Shown here: positions 37,895-50,984 of the stretch, one piece after another
Numbering within the stretch: position 1 is the first letter of the stretch
Layout: each line of letters begins with the position of its first letter
NCBI GenBank assembly: GCA_964016885.1
Contig: OZ024746.1
Span: 67,704,001-67,768,000, forward strand
Origin: Eledone cirrhosa
Taxonomy: Eukaryota
Length of the DNA: 64,000 nt
Reading direction: 5' to 3'
Notes under the pieces: generated by a model
What the model was told of the DNA's origin: nothing
Databases searched by the model: none
The model's input: the letters and a program-made list of their open reading frames with translations, nothing else
Position numbers and translations under genes: made by a program

Positions 37895-38620
37895 GAAATG
37901 ATAATAATGAAAATTCTGTACAATGCTCAGGTGCACTACAACTCATCAAAGGTGCATGTATAGTACATAGAATAATTGTTTCTACTTTTGACACAAGGCC
38001 AGCAATTACTGGTACTTTATTTTATCGACCCCGTAAGGATGAAAGGCAAAGTTAACCTCGGCGAGATTTGAACTCAGATAAGAAAGGGGCGTAACTCTGT
38101 GCTGCAAAGCATGTTGTCCGACCCTCTACCGATACTGCCAAACCACCAATTATAGTACATAGAATAATGTACAAATATCAGGAAAGTGAACAGTGTATGA
38201 GTCATGATATACACGTGTGTGTATGGTGGGGGAATATCAGGAGTAGTGTTGGTGAATTTCGGGAAGTTTTGAAGGATGCAGTATCCCGAGGTTGATTGTT
38301 CCATGCTTCAGCAACTCTGAGCATGAAAAAATGTTTCCAAAAGTCATGGGAGCTGTACTGTTTTCTGGTTTTGTAAGCAAGTCCACAAGTGTTAGAGACA
38401 TGGAATTCAAAAAGGTGCTCAGGGTTGTTGTTAGCAAGATAGTTAATAATTTTGTGAGTGTCTACCAAGTCAGTTGCCATACATTGGAGCTTTAATGTAT
38501 CCATTCCCAGGGAAGCAAGGTGTTCAGAGTGTGGTAGATGCCTGATGGAGGGTAGTCACTTGGTTGTATGTCTATGAATAGTTTCCAGGAGATCAATATT
38601 CTGAGATAGGGGTTGAAAAA
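37895..38620 (-). mobile_element. CR1-type LINE 3' end with a nested SINE (37977-38148)
   Basis: TDLVDTHKII...FWKHFFMLRVAEAWNNQP matches the CR1 C-terminal FF..RV...WN.LP motif. The SINE is flanked by the 18-bp TSD tatagtacatagaataat. Confidence 0.85.
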
Positions 38621-38849
38621 CGCTGGTTTAGATCAATGCTCATCAACCTTTTAATACTTGGTGCGTACATTTGTCACTTTCAGAAAGATAAAATTTGTGT
38701 ACCTCCCACTTATATTTCAGTTGAAAAAAGTTACATAAAACTTGAATTTACTTCATACACCCAGCCTCCGCCTCCTTTGTCATCCATTTATTCCTGAGAG
38801 GGCTGTAAGGGAAGAGTCATCAGACATGCCTTCCTGAGAGTCCTATCAA

Positions 38850-39480
38850 AATCAATCATCTCTAAATGATCCGGCTGGATCCCCAAGTGAAGCTAATCCA
38901 TCTTATAGATGTTATCCAACAATCTCTTTCATAGTCAATGTATGGGTGTCACTCCAGTTAGCTTTGCCTGTAAAATATGTCCTGCGAATCTTTACTTAGA
39001 CATCCTAACCACAATTCCATCATATTCGAGCTGTAAACTCATGATGCGAAGAAATAGCACCTCTCCCTGTCGCAACACTCTGATCTCCAAGCTACACTCC
39101 CTATTGTGTAACACTACACTGAAAGCCATTTCAGAGGAACCCCATTTCAGCTGCTTGAATTTACTATTGTTTTCTTTCAGTCTTTACCCAAGATTCATGA
39201 CCATAGGTAACAAGAACACTGAATTGTAGATAGCAAGTTTAGCTTTTACACCTATCTCCCTTCTTCTCTGATGACTAAATGCTGAACCTGGCACATTATT
39301 GCTGCAGTTCCATCAATTTCTTACATTTAATTCAACCTTCTGCCTTTCATCACTCATGAAAACAGCTCTGGAATTCTTTTCTTCCTACTTCAGTGTAACT
39401 CCACTCACTTGCAGAGGACTAATGACTCAGTCTTTGCAGCACTGATTTTCATTCTTGCCATTTAGCATGGCAGCAGACTT
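38850..39480 (-). pseudogene. Decayed RTE C-terminal fragment
   Basis: KAKLAIYNSV...TYGHESWV...IQAAEMGFL on the minus strand. Confidence 0.65.
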
Positions 39481-39962
39481 ATCCTGTGCTATACCCAGCC
39501 TAATTTGTTGTTGGTTTTTTTTAAATTGAAATTTTTATAATTTAATGAGATTCTTGTGTCTGATCGTGAGAAACTAACTGTTGTATATCTGGTCCAACTT
39601 TTATAACGAAGAGTGATTTTCAGACAATTCCTCTGTTCAGTGACAATATTATCTATAGTACTAAAACCTGATTCCAACAGATAAAAAATACTGAAAGATA
39701 TCATCATCATCATCTAACATTTATTTTCCATGCTTGCATAGGTTAGACAGATTGTCACATTATGGGACAAGTCAGATCAGAGGACCATGTCTAGCTCATA
39801 CAGATCTGTATTTTGGCTTGGTTTCTATAGCTAGATACCCTTCCTAACATCAATCACATTACAGAGTGGACTGGGTGATTTTTATCCCGACACCAAAATG
39901 ATCATCTAACAACAGTAAATTAAATATTTTCCACAGATGGATATAAATAGGTATTTATTTGA

Positions 39963-40201
39963 AAATTAGGTAGTAACATGTGCTTATGTCGTAATTGTCT
40001 AAATAGAATTAGTCTGTAGTTGGGATTTTTTAAAAACCCTCTGAATGGAAAAAAAGGATGGGTATTGACGTACGTGGGTTTGTGTCCCATGTACGTCAAT
40101 ACTCATCCTTTTTTTCCATTCAGAGGGTTTTTTTAAATCCCAACAAACAGACTAATTCTATTTAGTCAAATATGGAATAAGTACATGTTACTACCTAATT
40201 T
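39963..40201. repeat. Imperfect palindrome with arms of about 115 bp; possible MITE or fold-back element
   Basis: aaattaggtagtaacatgt pairs with acatgttactacctaattt; centre gacgtacgtggg-tttgtgt-cccatgtacgtc; several mismatches. Confidence 0.9.
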
Positions 40202-40336
40202 CCTAATTTTCAAATTCGCTAGCCATTTGTAAACAAAGCCTGCTTTGTGTCTCCCTATTTATATACAAGTATTTATTTATTTTGATAGCCAGCACTGTTA
40301 AAATCAGATTTCTTTTCTTCATTATATTCAGTTTCT

Positions 40337-41067
40337 AAATATATGCATAATCATCATTTTTACATGAGATTTCCATACTGGCATGAATTGGATGGGATCT
40401 TGTGGGGATGCCATTTACGATGTCAATCATTTTAGTCACTTTATGGCATGCAAGGATACAGTGCAGCTATTTTACAGCTTATTTTGTATATATTAAATGG
40501 TTTGTGCTGTTACCATTGACAACTACATATACATGCATACAAAAGACACAACACCACTCTAGACACACAAGGAAAATATACAATAGGAAACTTTTGAAGA
40601 AAAGAAATAAGAAAATATAATGAAAAAACAAAGCAAAATTCAAAACTGAAATCAAAAATACCCATCTGAAACATTATACCTTGAGTTAGGAGGCACAACT
40701 TATAGTCTGGAATATAGATGGAGTCAAAACCCAACAAATTGTAATCTGGAATATCATAACTGAAATCAGGAAAGCCCCATCAAATATAATTGGAATCAGA
40801 GAAGTCCAACCTGTAGTCAGGAATATTATAAGCAGCATGAACATCAGTTGTGTAATAGTTAGCATGGTTCACAGTCAATCTGGATTTGATTCCTGGTTGA
40901 CACATCACATTTTATCATATCCCAGTTTGTAAAATAGCTGCACTGTATCCTTGCATGCCATAAAGTGACTAAAATGATTGACATCGTAAATAGCATCCCC
41001 ACAAGATCCCATCCAATTCATGCCAGCATGGAAATCTCATGTAAAAATGATGATTATGCATATATTT
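40337..41067. repeat. Inverted duplication with 140-bp arms (40337-40476 and 40928-41067)
   Basis: The arms are reverse complements with two mismatches and a spacer of about 450 bp. Confidence 0.95.
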
Positions 41068-41660
41068 CCATCAGTTTTACATTCTAGTAAGTTTGGCTAG
41101 AAGTCTAAATTAATATTTCTTGGAAACTTTATAATATAATCCAAGGGGCCAGTAAACTATGGCCCATAGGTCAAATCCAGCTTATTGCTTCATTTCATCA
41201 AGCCCATGGACTTCGGCGAATGTGTGGCACTGCATACAAAATTTCTTTGTTTTCCTTTTCAATTTTTGATTTGTGAACAATTATTACAGCGGCCTCCAAT
41301 GAATGAATGTGTTATATTTATACTATGGAGTTTTTCAACCTAGCTGATAAACTAGCAAAATTGTTAAAAACTTTAGTGTGGCAAACTTTTTGCCAATAAC
41401 TCTCCTACTACTCACAAACATATATTCCTATGCATTATACCACTAATTTATTCAGACTGATATCAAATTGAAACGTTTGTTTTGAATGACTTCAACTATA
41501 ACTAGCTGTGGGTTTTCTTTATTTTCTCGTACCATGCTGTTTTCTAGATATTAATAACTCTAGTATGGCGTTATTTGATTCTTCTAATTCATTCATATGC
41601 ATTATTCTGTTAAATTTCAACATGCTTTGGCTAAGCACATTTTGTTTGTTTGTTTGTTTC

Positions 41661-41814
41661 GTAAAGGTAATTGGGAAACACCTGCTTTAATGATTATAAT
41701 CATTAAAGCAGGTGTTTCCCAATTACCTTTACAAAACAAGCATGCAATAAAATGTTTTTCACCAATGATAATAATTATTCATTCTATCATTGGTTGAAAA
41801 CATTTTATTGCATG
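41661..41814. repeat. Two adjacent palindromes: 41661-41732 (perfect, no spacer) and 41741-41814 (imperfect)
   Basis: First centre tgatta|taatca with 36-bp arms; second catgcaataaaatgtttt / aaaacattttattgcatg. Confidence 0.95.
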
Positions 41815-42607
41815 TTAATAAAAATCAAAATAACTAAATACAATCAGTATAAATATAACCACCCATAATAAGCCGACTACCCCAGTGAATGAAACATGTC
41901 AGCAAGAGAGCCTCTGCTAGATTTAAAAACCAAATCTTCCTAAAATCACTCCCTACCATCATAAAAAGAGGAAGGGTGTATTGGATAACGTACTCCTTCA
42001 AGATAAGATTATGTATAAAAAGACTAAAAGTAGATTCCATGTTCCTAATATATTCAGCCACTATCCTCTACTTTGATCTATAATGAGACACAACTAATCA
42101 AAGTATTTCTTTTTTTTTTGTACTTCTGTTTGAGATGATGCTGTCTTAATATTTACATTATTTTATTGGTGACATTGGATTTATAACCCAAGCATGGAGC
42201 AATGGATGTAATATAAACTATGATGATGATGATTTACAGCATTTGGTTTAGGTCACTTGACAAATAGTAGGAATGTGATGAGAGAAATGTGGTTGCTACA
42301 TTGAGCAGGTGACATTCCAATACAGATATGCCTTCAAAACAATCTTAGATGATGTAATTAAATCAGAATGTACATGGTAACACTTACCAAATGCTTGCTA
42401 ACAAATCCCTTCAATTCAAACTAAAATAATTGATGTGAAACTAAATGATTGTAATGAATTGAATATCAAATATCAAGCAAATATCTGACAATAATGGAGT
42501 TTTGCTAATTTTGTTTTGTTTAAAACCTTGGCTGGATTGACTGCTGCTAATGCAGTCGACTAATAATTCCATTTAATTGTACAACCTTCAGAATTAAAAT
42601 TGTTATG

Positions 42608-45600
42608 CATCATCATCATTTTATGTCCGCTTTTCCCTGCTTGCAAGGGTGGGACGGGTCCTATTCAGCACAGCATCTCTCCACTTTGTCATCTCCACCG
42701 TGAGCTTCAGCAATCTGGGGTCTGCTCTCACCACCTCCGCTCATGTTTTTCGTGGTCTACCTCTACCACGTCTTCCTTCAACTGGTATTTCCTGGCACTT
42801 CTTCACCCATCGGTCATCTTCCATGCACATCACATGTCCACACCATCTCAGTCTCTTCTCTCAAACACTACAATTTATCTCTCTCAGACACAGTTTCTCT
42901 CTCAACACATCCATGTTCAGTCATTCACGCACATTGACATTGCACATCCAACAGAGCATGTTTGCCTCATTTCTCTCCAGCCATCGCATATCGGTTGCAG
43001 TTGCTGCCCATGTCTCACTACCATGCAGCATTGCGCTCCTCACACAGGCATCATATAACCGGCCTTTCACACGCAGGGAGAAACCCTTATTCGTCAGCAG
43101 AGGAAGCAGCTCCCTAAACTTCTTCCACCCATCCTTATTCTAGATACTATGGCCTCGGAACACCCCCTCCCATGCTAATGTGATCTCCTAGGTACCGGAA
43201 GCTATCAACCACTTATATAGCACCCACTTGCATTTGAAAAATGTGTCTATCAATGCGACTTCTACTGTCTAATTTCCCTGTACATCTACTGCATACGTAT
43301 TTCTCCCTACCTGTTAGTTTGCCTGCTATCCCACTACATCTCTTGTGTACCCAAGATCTGCACTGTGTGCATTTTATAGAATTTATGCCAGTTCCTTTTC
43401 TGCATATCGAACATGGCCATTTCCCTGACGGAATCAGAGTTTTGTCCTCTTTTCTACTCATCAACACTTTTGTCTCAGTCCTCTTGATTCCAACTGCTGT
43501 TTTCATAGCCAGAATTTATTCTCTAGCTCCTCTACTGATTCTGCTATAAGAATCAGATCGTCAGCATAGAGAAGTTCCCATGGACAGCCAGTCTTAAACT
43601 CCTCTGTTATGGCTTGGAGGACTATAATGAACAAGAGCGGGCTGAGGACCGAACCTTGATGTACTCCTACTTGTATCTGGAATTCCTCACTAAACTCCAT
43701 TCCTACCCTCATTTCACTGACAGCTCCTCTGTACATAGCTTGCACTGTCCTCACAAGCCATTCCTCAACACCTAGTTTCCTTAGGGACCACCAGATGACA
43801 GATCGGTGTACCCTATCAAAGGCCTTTTCTATGTCAACAAAAGCTAAGTATAGTGGCTTATTCTTCTCTAAGAACCTCTCTTGTAGTTGTCTCCCTAAAA
43901 AGAGGGCTTCTGTTGTACTTTTCCCAGGCACAAAACCAAACTGCATCTCATCTAGTTTGACCCTTTCTCTAATTAGTTGTGCTAATATCCTTTCTGCCAC
44001 TTTCATAACCTGATCCATCAGTTTTATACCCCTATAATTGCTCCTCTCCAGAGCATCCCCTTTACCTTTGTAGTAATTTATGAGAATACTGCTGCACCAG
44101 TCTTTGGGGTATGACACCACCATATATAGCCTGATTGATGATGCATGCAACCAGTTTAGTGCCTACGTCCCCTGATGCCTTCAGCATCTCAGCCACTATC
44201 CCCGATGGTCCAGCGGCCTTACCATTTTTCATTTCCTTAATCGCCTCTTGGACCCTATATTCATCAATCTAAATAGCTGGTCCCTCTGTCGGATCTACTG
44301 AGGGTAATTTCTCTCTCTCCCATTCGTTCTCCACATTCATCAGTCTCTCATAATGACATTTCCAGGCCTCCTTTTTTGATCATTCATGACACTAAGTGCA
44401 CCGGCATCATTCCGGACACATTTACCACCAACAACATCCTGATTTGCATTGACACACTGCCTTGCAATGTGGAACACCGCACATCTCTGATCTTCCCATC
44501 GCAGAACATTGGCAAACCTCCTACTCTCAGCCTCCCTGCGTGCTAAGTACACCTGACGCATAGCTTCTCTCTTAGCAGCTGTATATCCTTCTCTACTCCC
44601 ACCCTTTTTCCAAGCCTTCCATGCTAGTCTTTTGTCTCTAATGGCCCTATCTACCATGCTGTTCCACCACCAGTTCACTCTGTCTGGTTGGAGCTCTGCT
44701 CCAGCCACCTGTTTCTCCAGTAGCCTGCAGTAAGTTGTTACGTAAGAAATTCCAGTTATCATCTATGTCATATGACTCTAAATCGTCTTCTTTTTTCGTC
44801 ATACACATCTTGAAGGGCTTTCCTAAATTTGTATTTTAGTGAAAGGTCTTTTAGCTTACAGACCTTTCTTCTCCACACCTTCCTGTATGTCTCATTCCGT
44901 CTCTTGCTTGCTGAGATATCACTAACGACTAACCTATGCTGTGGGGTACATTCTTCCCCAGGGTATGCCTTGGTATTTGACACCATCCGCCTGTCCCGCT
45001 GCCTAATTAGTAAGAAGTCAATCTGCCTTATGTGCTCGCCTGATTTGTAGGTTATTAGGTGGTTGGCAAGTTTCTGGAAGTTAGTGTTGCAAATGGTTAG
45101 TGTACTTGCACCACAAAATTCAAGAAGTCTCACTCCTTCATTTCTTGAACTGTAACCGTGCCCACCATGTACCCCAGTGTAACCATCCTGCAGCTATCCA
45201 ACATGACCATTGAAGTCCCCTGCTAGCATAACGATGTCTCCGTTCTCTGTCAATGCGGCTCTTTGTAAAAGTTGCTCGTAAAAGCAGTCTTTCTCTTCTT
45301 TACCTAGGCCTGCTTGAGGAGCATAGGCAGAGATGATTGTCAGTAGTCTCCTACCTACAACTAATCTAAGCTTAATTATTCTATTATTAACTCGAACTAC
45401 CTCTATTGTCTTATTGATCCATCTCTCAGCCAGGAAAATGCCTACTCCCCCTAACCCATCATCCTTACCTACCCAGAAAAGCTTATAACTAAGATGTTTG
45501 CCTGCGATTAGTCTCACAGAGGCACCTCTTCATCTCACCTCTTGTACGCAGCACACATCCACATGCCTTCTTTCCAGCATCTCTGCTATTTCACCAGATC

Positions 45601-45970
45601 TACCTGTGAGAGTGCCAACATTAAGTGTTGCAACTCTAAGATGTGACGTCTTCATATTCTTGTTCCTTTTCGTGTAGTGTGATTGCTTGAAGACGGTCGG
45701 GGGGTTCTCGCACATGGCTGCACCAGCCACCCCACTACTGTGCGCAGCCCTAACAGGGTTAGTGTTATTGCTGTTTACGCAGTTATTGCGATATATATTT
45801 GTTGTTGTGCTCATAATTGTTTTGGCATTAATACACTGGTTGGATGCCCTTCCTAACACCAGTGCCACTTTACAGCATGGACTGGGTGTTTTTATTTGTG
45901 CCACCAGCACTCGAGAGGATGTTTTACTGGACTCATAGGCCCGCTCGACCCCTCCATTTTACAGCATGGT
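42608..45970 (-). mobile_element. Near-full-length decayed RTE-clade LINE (AP endonuclease, RT, PHD-like finger)
   Basis: APE motifs ATLNVGTL, CVQEVR, GVGIFL, SAYAPQ and GDFNGHVG. RT motifs NYRGIKL, FVDIEKAFDRV, GVHQGSVLSPLLF and LYADD. (GAT)n tail at 42608-42620; multiple stops and frameshifts. Confidence 0.95.
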
Positions 45971-46118
45971 TATAACAATAATAACAATAATAACACTATT
46001 AATAATTATTAATTAATGCAATCGTACAATGCCTGTGCGTGGAGGCTTTCCATGGTATTTTTCTCTAATTCCTGACTGTTCTCTAGTGGGGGTGTAGGGC
46101 ACAGGTTGCTAAGGTCAT

Positions 46119-47624
46119 ATGTATGACCTTAGCAACCTGTGCCCTACAAAATCAGCAAGAGGCAGACCACCTACCATTACCTCAATGGCCAAGAAAACCC
46201 CCACAGATAGATGGAACGGGTGGACCAGAGCCATACGTACCCACAACAACCAAGATGAACTAAAGAAAATGATTGCACATGCGGTGGGGGCCAGTATAAA
46301 ATTAACCCTTAAGGAACATATGTTCAAATTTAATGGAAAAACATATGCCCAAGAGGAGGGAGCAACCATTGGTGTTAGCATTGCAGGTGATATAGCTAAC
46401 CTATTCATGGTATGGTGGGACAATAGACTTAAACTTAAACTTAAAGAACAATTAGAAGACAGCAACCTCTTAACCCTGATAATGTACTCCCGCTACGTTG
46501 ATGATATAAACATCGTAGTAAAAACACCCCCACTAAAGAACAGTCAGGAATTAGAGAAAAACACCATGGAAAGCATCCAGCAAATAGCTAACTCCATCCA
46601 CCAGAGTATTAGAGTTACTATAGACTACCCAAGCAAACACTCCAACCATCGATTACCTGTACTAGACACAGAGCTCTGGTTAGAAATCATTAATAACAAA
46701 AAACAAATCCTCCATTCCCATTATGCCAAACCCATGACTTGCAAATATCTGATCCACCGAAACTCAGCTGTTTCGGACCACACTAAAATCAACATACTGA
46801 TTGCGGATTTGGTACGGGTGATGAGAAACGTGTCCCGCATGTGCAACCCCAAAGAACTAGAGAGACACATACAACACTTCATCCACCGTATGCAGTCCTC
46901 TGGTTACAATCAGAGAGAGAAAATCAGAGTATATAGAGGAGCCAGAACCAAATGGGAAAAAATGGTAAATAATGATACAAAGGGGACCTGCCCCTTGTAT
47001 AGGAGCAAATTTTGGAATAGAATAGAAAGAACTAGGAATAAGGTTAATAGAATAAACTCATGGTATGATAGCAATAAATACCAGAGTGTAATGTTCATCA
47101 ATACAACCCCTAGAGGGGCCCTAGATAAACATAAACTCAATATTAAGATAGTAGAAAGACCAGGTACCTCCATAAAAACACTTATTAGCAATAGATACCC
47201 TTTTGAAAGACCTCCCTGTATAGATAAGAAATGTATAATCTGTAAACTAAGCCCCCATATTAACTGTAAAACTAGAAATGTAGTATATAGCATAAGATGT
47301 ACTGAAGGACAATGTAGAGATAAGAATATAGTGTACATAGGTGAAACAGCTCGTAGTATAGGAGAACGGATAAATGAACACTGGCGAGAACTTCAGGATA
47401 TAAAAGAATCATCTGTACTCTACCAACATGCTAAAATAGAACATAAGGGTAAATTAGAGAACATAGAAATAAAAATAGAATCTACACACAGAAAAGACGC
47501 AATGTTTAGACAAATCACAGAGGCAATAAACATAAATGAGCTCCAACCAAAATTAACATCACAACTTACAATTAAGGACAAAATGAAAACACACACACAC
47601 ATAGAACAAACAACCAACCAGTAA
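46119..47624 (+). CDS. Penelope-like retroelement RT and GIY-YIG endonuclease, 5'-truncated, 501-aa open frame
   Basis: GATIGVSIAGDIANLFM, YSRYVDD, LPVLD, HYAKP, C..C..C linker, NVVYSIRC...YIGETARSIGERINEH and RQITEA. Confidence 0.93.
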   Translation: MYDLSNLCPTKSARGRPPTITSMAKKTPTDRWNGWTRAIRTHNNQDELKKMIAHAVGASIKLTLKEHMFKFNGKTYAQEEGATIGVSIAGDIANLFMVWWDNRLKLKLKEQLEDSNLLTLIMYSRYVDDINIVVKTPPLKNSQELEKNTMESIQQIANSIHQSIRVTIDYPSKHSNHRLPVLDTELWLEIINNKKQILHSHYAKPMTCKYLIHRNSAVSDHTKINILIADLVRVMRNVSRMCNPKELERHIQHFIHRMQSSGYNQREKIRVYRGARTKWEKMVNNDTKGTCPLYRSKFWNRIERTRNKVNRINSWYDSNKYQSVMFINTTPRGALDKHKLNIKIVERPGTSIKTLISNRYPFERPPCIDKKCIICKLSPHINCKTRNVVYSIRCTEGQCRDKNIVYIGETARSIGERINEHWRELQDIKESSVLYQHAKIEHKGKLENIEIKIESTHRKDAMFRQITEAININELQPKLTSQLTIKDKMKTHTHIEQTTNQ

Positions 47625-48037
47625 CATGTAAATAAACAAATAAATAAACAAATATAAACACACACAGACACTCGGATGTAACACATGCGCAAACTAAGCA
47701 CACAACACACACAAAAACAAGATGGCGTAGGACAGAACAAAGGAGAGGCACAAAAACAAAAGAAGAGATCACAGAATGTGTGATGAATGAACTTTGACAA
47801 TATATGAACAACCGTCCGGTTATGGAACCAACCAACCAACCGGAAATTTATAAATTCTTAAATTTATAAATTTAATTTATAATAAATTGGAGTGAAAGCA
47901 ACTGGTCCGTGTGTTTCTTATTGGCAACATGACCCTCCCAAAGAAAGCATAACAATATCGGTTTCAACACACGTTTTCAGATAAAGAATCTTGCTAAACA
48001 AATTCAGAAACGAAATATATATATATATATATATATA

Positions 48038-48168
48038 GCGAGGGAAAAGTGGTAAGGAACCAGGTGGACCATAACGCACCAAAGTACTCAATACTTAGGG
48101 TAGTAGAGTGGGTACAGAATTAGCCGTCGAAACGGCTTGAGCTCAGCCGTCGGGGTCTTACTTACTCC
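48038..48168 (+). mobile_element. Short (TA)n-embedded repeat carrying the 3' half of a hammerhead
   Basis: Homologous to 131-298; reads GAAAC ggct-tgagctc-agcc GTC ggggtc. Confidence 0.7.
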
Positions 48169-48200
<32 letters not shown>

Positions 48201-49646
48201 TTCAACACAGAGTAGAGAGAATTTTAGGCAACAGGTCAGTGAGCTTGTAAATGTGTTGGTAGGGAGCAAGTGTAGACGTTATTGTGGTGGCGGGGGCAGT
48301 GAGATGTATCTAGTTCATAGTTCACTTGTCCGTTTTCCTCTCTTTTCAAATTTTGAATTTATAGCCATTTTGCATTGGGAGGCAGTGTAAATGTAAATAA
48401 AGATTGCTCTGGGAAAAATGTAGCGTCTTCGATTCCGGTAAATCATCATCATCATCATCATCATCATTTTACGTCCGCTTTTTTCTGCTTGCATATATAT
48501 ATATTAATCATTATGAAAGGTGGTCGTGTAGGAGACACGGTGCAAAGGCTCCCAGTCCACACTGTAAATGTGGTTGGTGTTAGAAAGGGCATCCAGCTGT
48601 AAAAAAAACCTGCCAGAGACGCTTCTGTGTGAGTGAGACATGGTCTCCCAACCATTCCCGCATCAAATGGAACAAAACCACCTAACCCATGCTAGCGTGG
48701 AAGATGGACATCAAATGATGATGATGATGATGATGATATATATATATTTATATTCATATATACATATATGAATTCAAATTCTACATAATTCTACATAAAT
48801 AAGATGTTAAAATATCTGGAGTGATTATTTTACAATGAAACACTATTTTTCTACATTTAATACATTGTCATTAGTATTATTTATGCAGTCCCTTGAAAAT
48901 ATTTTGAATACATTTTTGTAATTGATCTTTTTAATACACAAATATCCTATACATACTAACATGCTCGCAGATTGTTTTTCTCTGATTTAATAATAATTTT
49001 TCTTTCAATCTTACTTCTGACTTGTGTTTTATTGCTCTCGCTCTCTTTCCCTTCTCTTGCTCTTCCTCCCCTCTCTTTGACTTGCTGTGTCTCCCTCCCT
49101 TTTCTACTCTATGAAAAGCTATACAAAATTCTTTTATTTGATCTTTTGCTTTCAACTATTCCCAGCATGTAAATGGCCGGAAGTAAAAAAACATTCAAGA
49201 AATTTGTTGAGACTATAAAACAGATGAAATGGTAAACAAGCATTACGTAATGTTGTGAAACAAAAATGACACTCGAAACAACACTTAAAACAGTTTTAAC
49301 ATCAAAATATTATAATTTCATACCTATATTATAAACTCATAAAAATTTCAAAACCATGCCATCTAAACATAATGTGTTGATTAGTTGCAACAGCTTATAA
49401 ACAGGTTTAGATTTTTTACCATTTCTCAGACATAAAATAGGGAGGCCAGCTTATATTCAGGTTGGCTTATATTCAAGTAATTACAGTATGTATATATATA
49501 TTGTTACCTGAATGTGGAATTGTCATCAGTAAAGAAAGAGCCTTCAATATGTAAACATAGAGGTATATATACTATATTATATAAAACATATAGCAAAGGT
49601 ATATGCCAGTATGTCATGTGTTTTTCTATAATATAGTATTATATAT

Positions 49647-50984
49647 CTATCTAAGGCGGGTACAATTTTCAAGTTTCATGGACGAGTTCTCTCCGCCAGT
49701 CTCTGTCCATCATCGCTGCTATGTCTCAAATCTTCTAGAGACCAGTGTCTGTCCTTAAGGCATCAACATCTGTCCTTAAGGCATCAACATTTATCATCCG
49801 CAGTCTACCTCTTCAAAGGTGTCCATGTAGGGGCTCCCACAGGATCACTGTGTGCAGTGTCAGCTCTGAATGTCAGTGAGCATGTCCAGCTAACGAGCTG
49901 ACTTTTTGGAGGCTCTCGTACAGCCTTGAGTTCTTCATCCGCAGTATCCTCATGTAGCACCCATCCATATCTGAGTGAGTCTCCTGGAGATCTGTAACCA
50001 GGCACTGGAGAAAGGAGTTGCCCCAGATCAGTGGAGGATCAGTAACATCATCCTAGTACTAAAGAAGGGAGATCTCTCTGACACCAACAACTACAGGGGC
50101 ATCTTACTGGTGTCACTTGCGGCAATGACCCTCAATAGGATGATTCTTAACCAGATCCAGTCCGAGATGGAGAAGTTCAGGGACAACCAGAATAGCTTCA
50201 GAGAGGGAAGATCAACCACCGGTCACATTTTGGAGCTGAGAATTCTAGAGGGAGCTCAATCAAAGAGCCTTCCTGCTGTCATGGTTTTCATTGACTTCAG
50301 GAAGGCCTTTGATTTTGTGGTCTGAGACTGCCTGATGAAGATCTTGTAGGTTTATGGAATCTCCAAGAAGATAGTGGACCTGATATCACTGCTTTACACC
50401 AACACCAGAGTCGAAGTCATCATACCTGACGGGATGATGGACTTCTTTGAGATACTAGCTGGAGTGCTTCAGGGCGATGTATTAGCTCGCTACCTTTTCA
50501 TCATTGCAGTGGATATTGTATGTGCCTTGCACTGGAGAAACAACATGACTTGGGCTTCCCTCTAGCACCGGCTCAGAGCAGAATAGTTAAGGCTAAAAAG
50601 ATACCAGATGCTGAATTTGCTGACAAAATAATTCTAGTGACAAACACAGGGAAGCGGGCAGAGGACTTGATGTGAGAGATGGAGACTGTGTCGATGAGTG
50701 TGGGGCTGAGAATGAATGAGAGTAAGATGAAGTATCTAGTGGAGAACATCAAGGAGCCTGAGAAGATTATGAATGTGTGTGGGAAGCTGCTAGAATTTGA
50801 TGAGGGCTCCTTGCATCTGGGAGCAAAAATTAGGAACACAGAGGTTAAAGTATTGGAGAGGAAGAGCAAAGCCTGGGTGGCATGTCACAGTTTGAGGTCA
50901 GTGTGGAAGTCAAACTTTCATAAAGACCTTAAGATCTGTCGAAACAGTGGAGTCTGTGCTGCTTTACAAATTTGAGACTTGGAC
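49647..50984 (-). mobile_element. Decayed RTE-group LINE with a 5' inversion (3' part minus 49647-~49972; RT part plus ~49975-50984)
   Basis: Plus strand: KKGDLSDTNNYRGI, FIDFRKAFD, GVLQGDVLA, ending ETWT. Minus strand: DGCYMRILR...LAGH...LWEPLHG...RGR...MMDRDWRR. TSD agtattatatat at 49635-49646 and 50985-50996. Confidence 0.88.

Noticed and set aside
42600-43143. Plus-strand ORFs of 152 and 164 aa
   Set aside because: These are antisense shadows of the minus-strand RTE coding region.
47973-48014. Possible hammerhead after the long PLE ORF (cagataaa gaatcttg...caaattc agaaacg)
   Set aside because: The core has two substitutions and the sequence is cut by a TA tract before any cleavage site.
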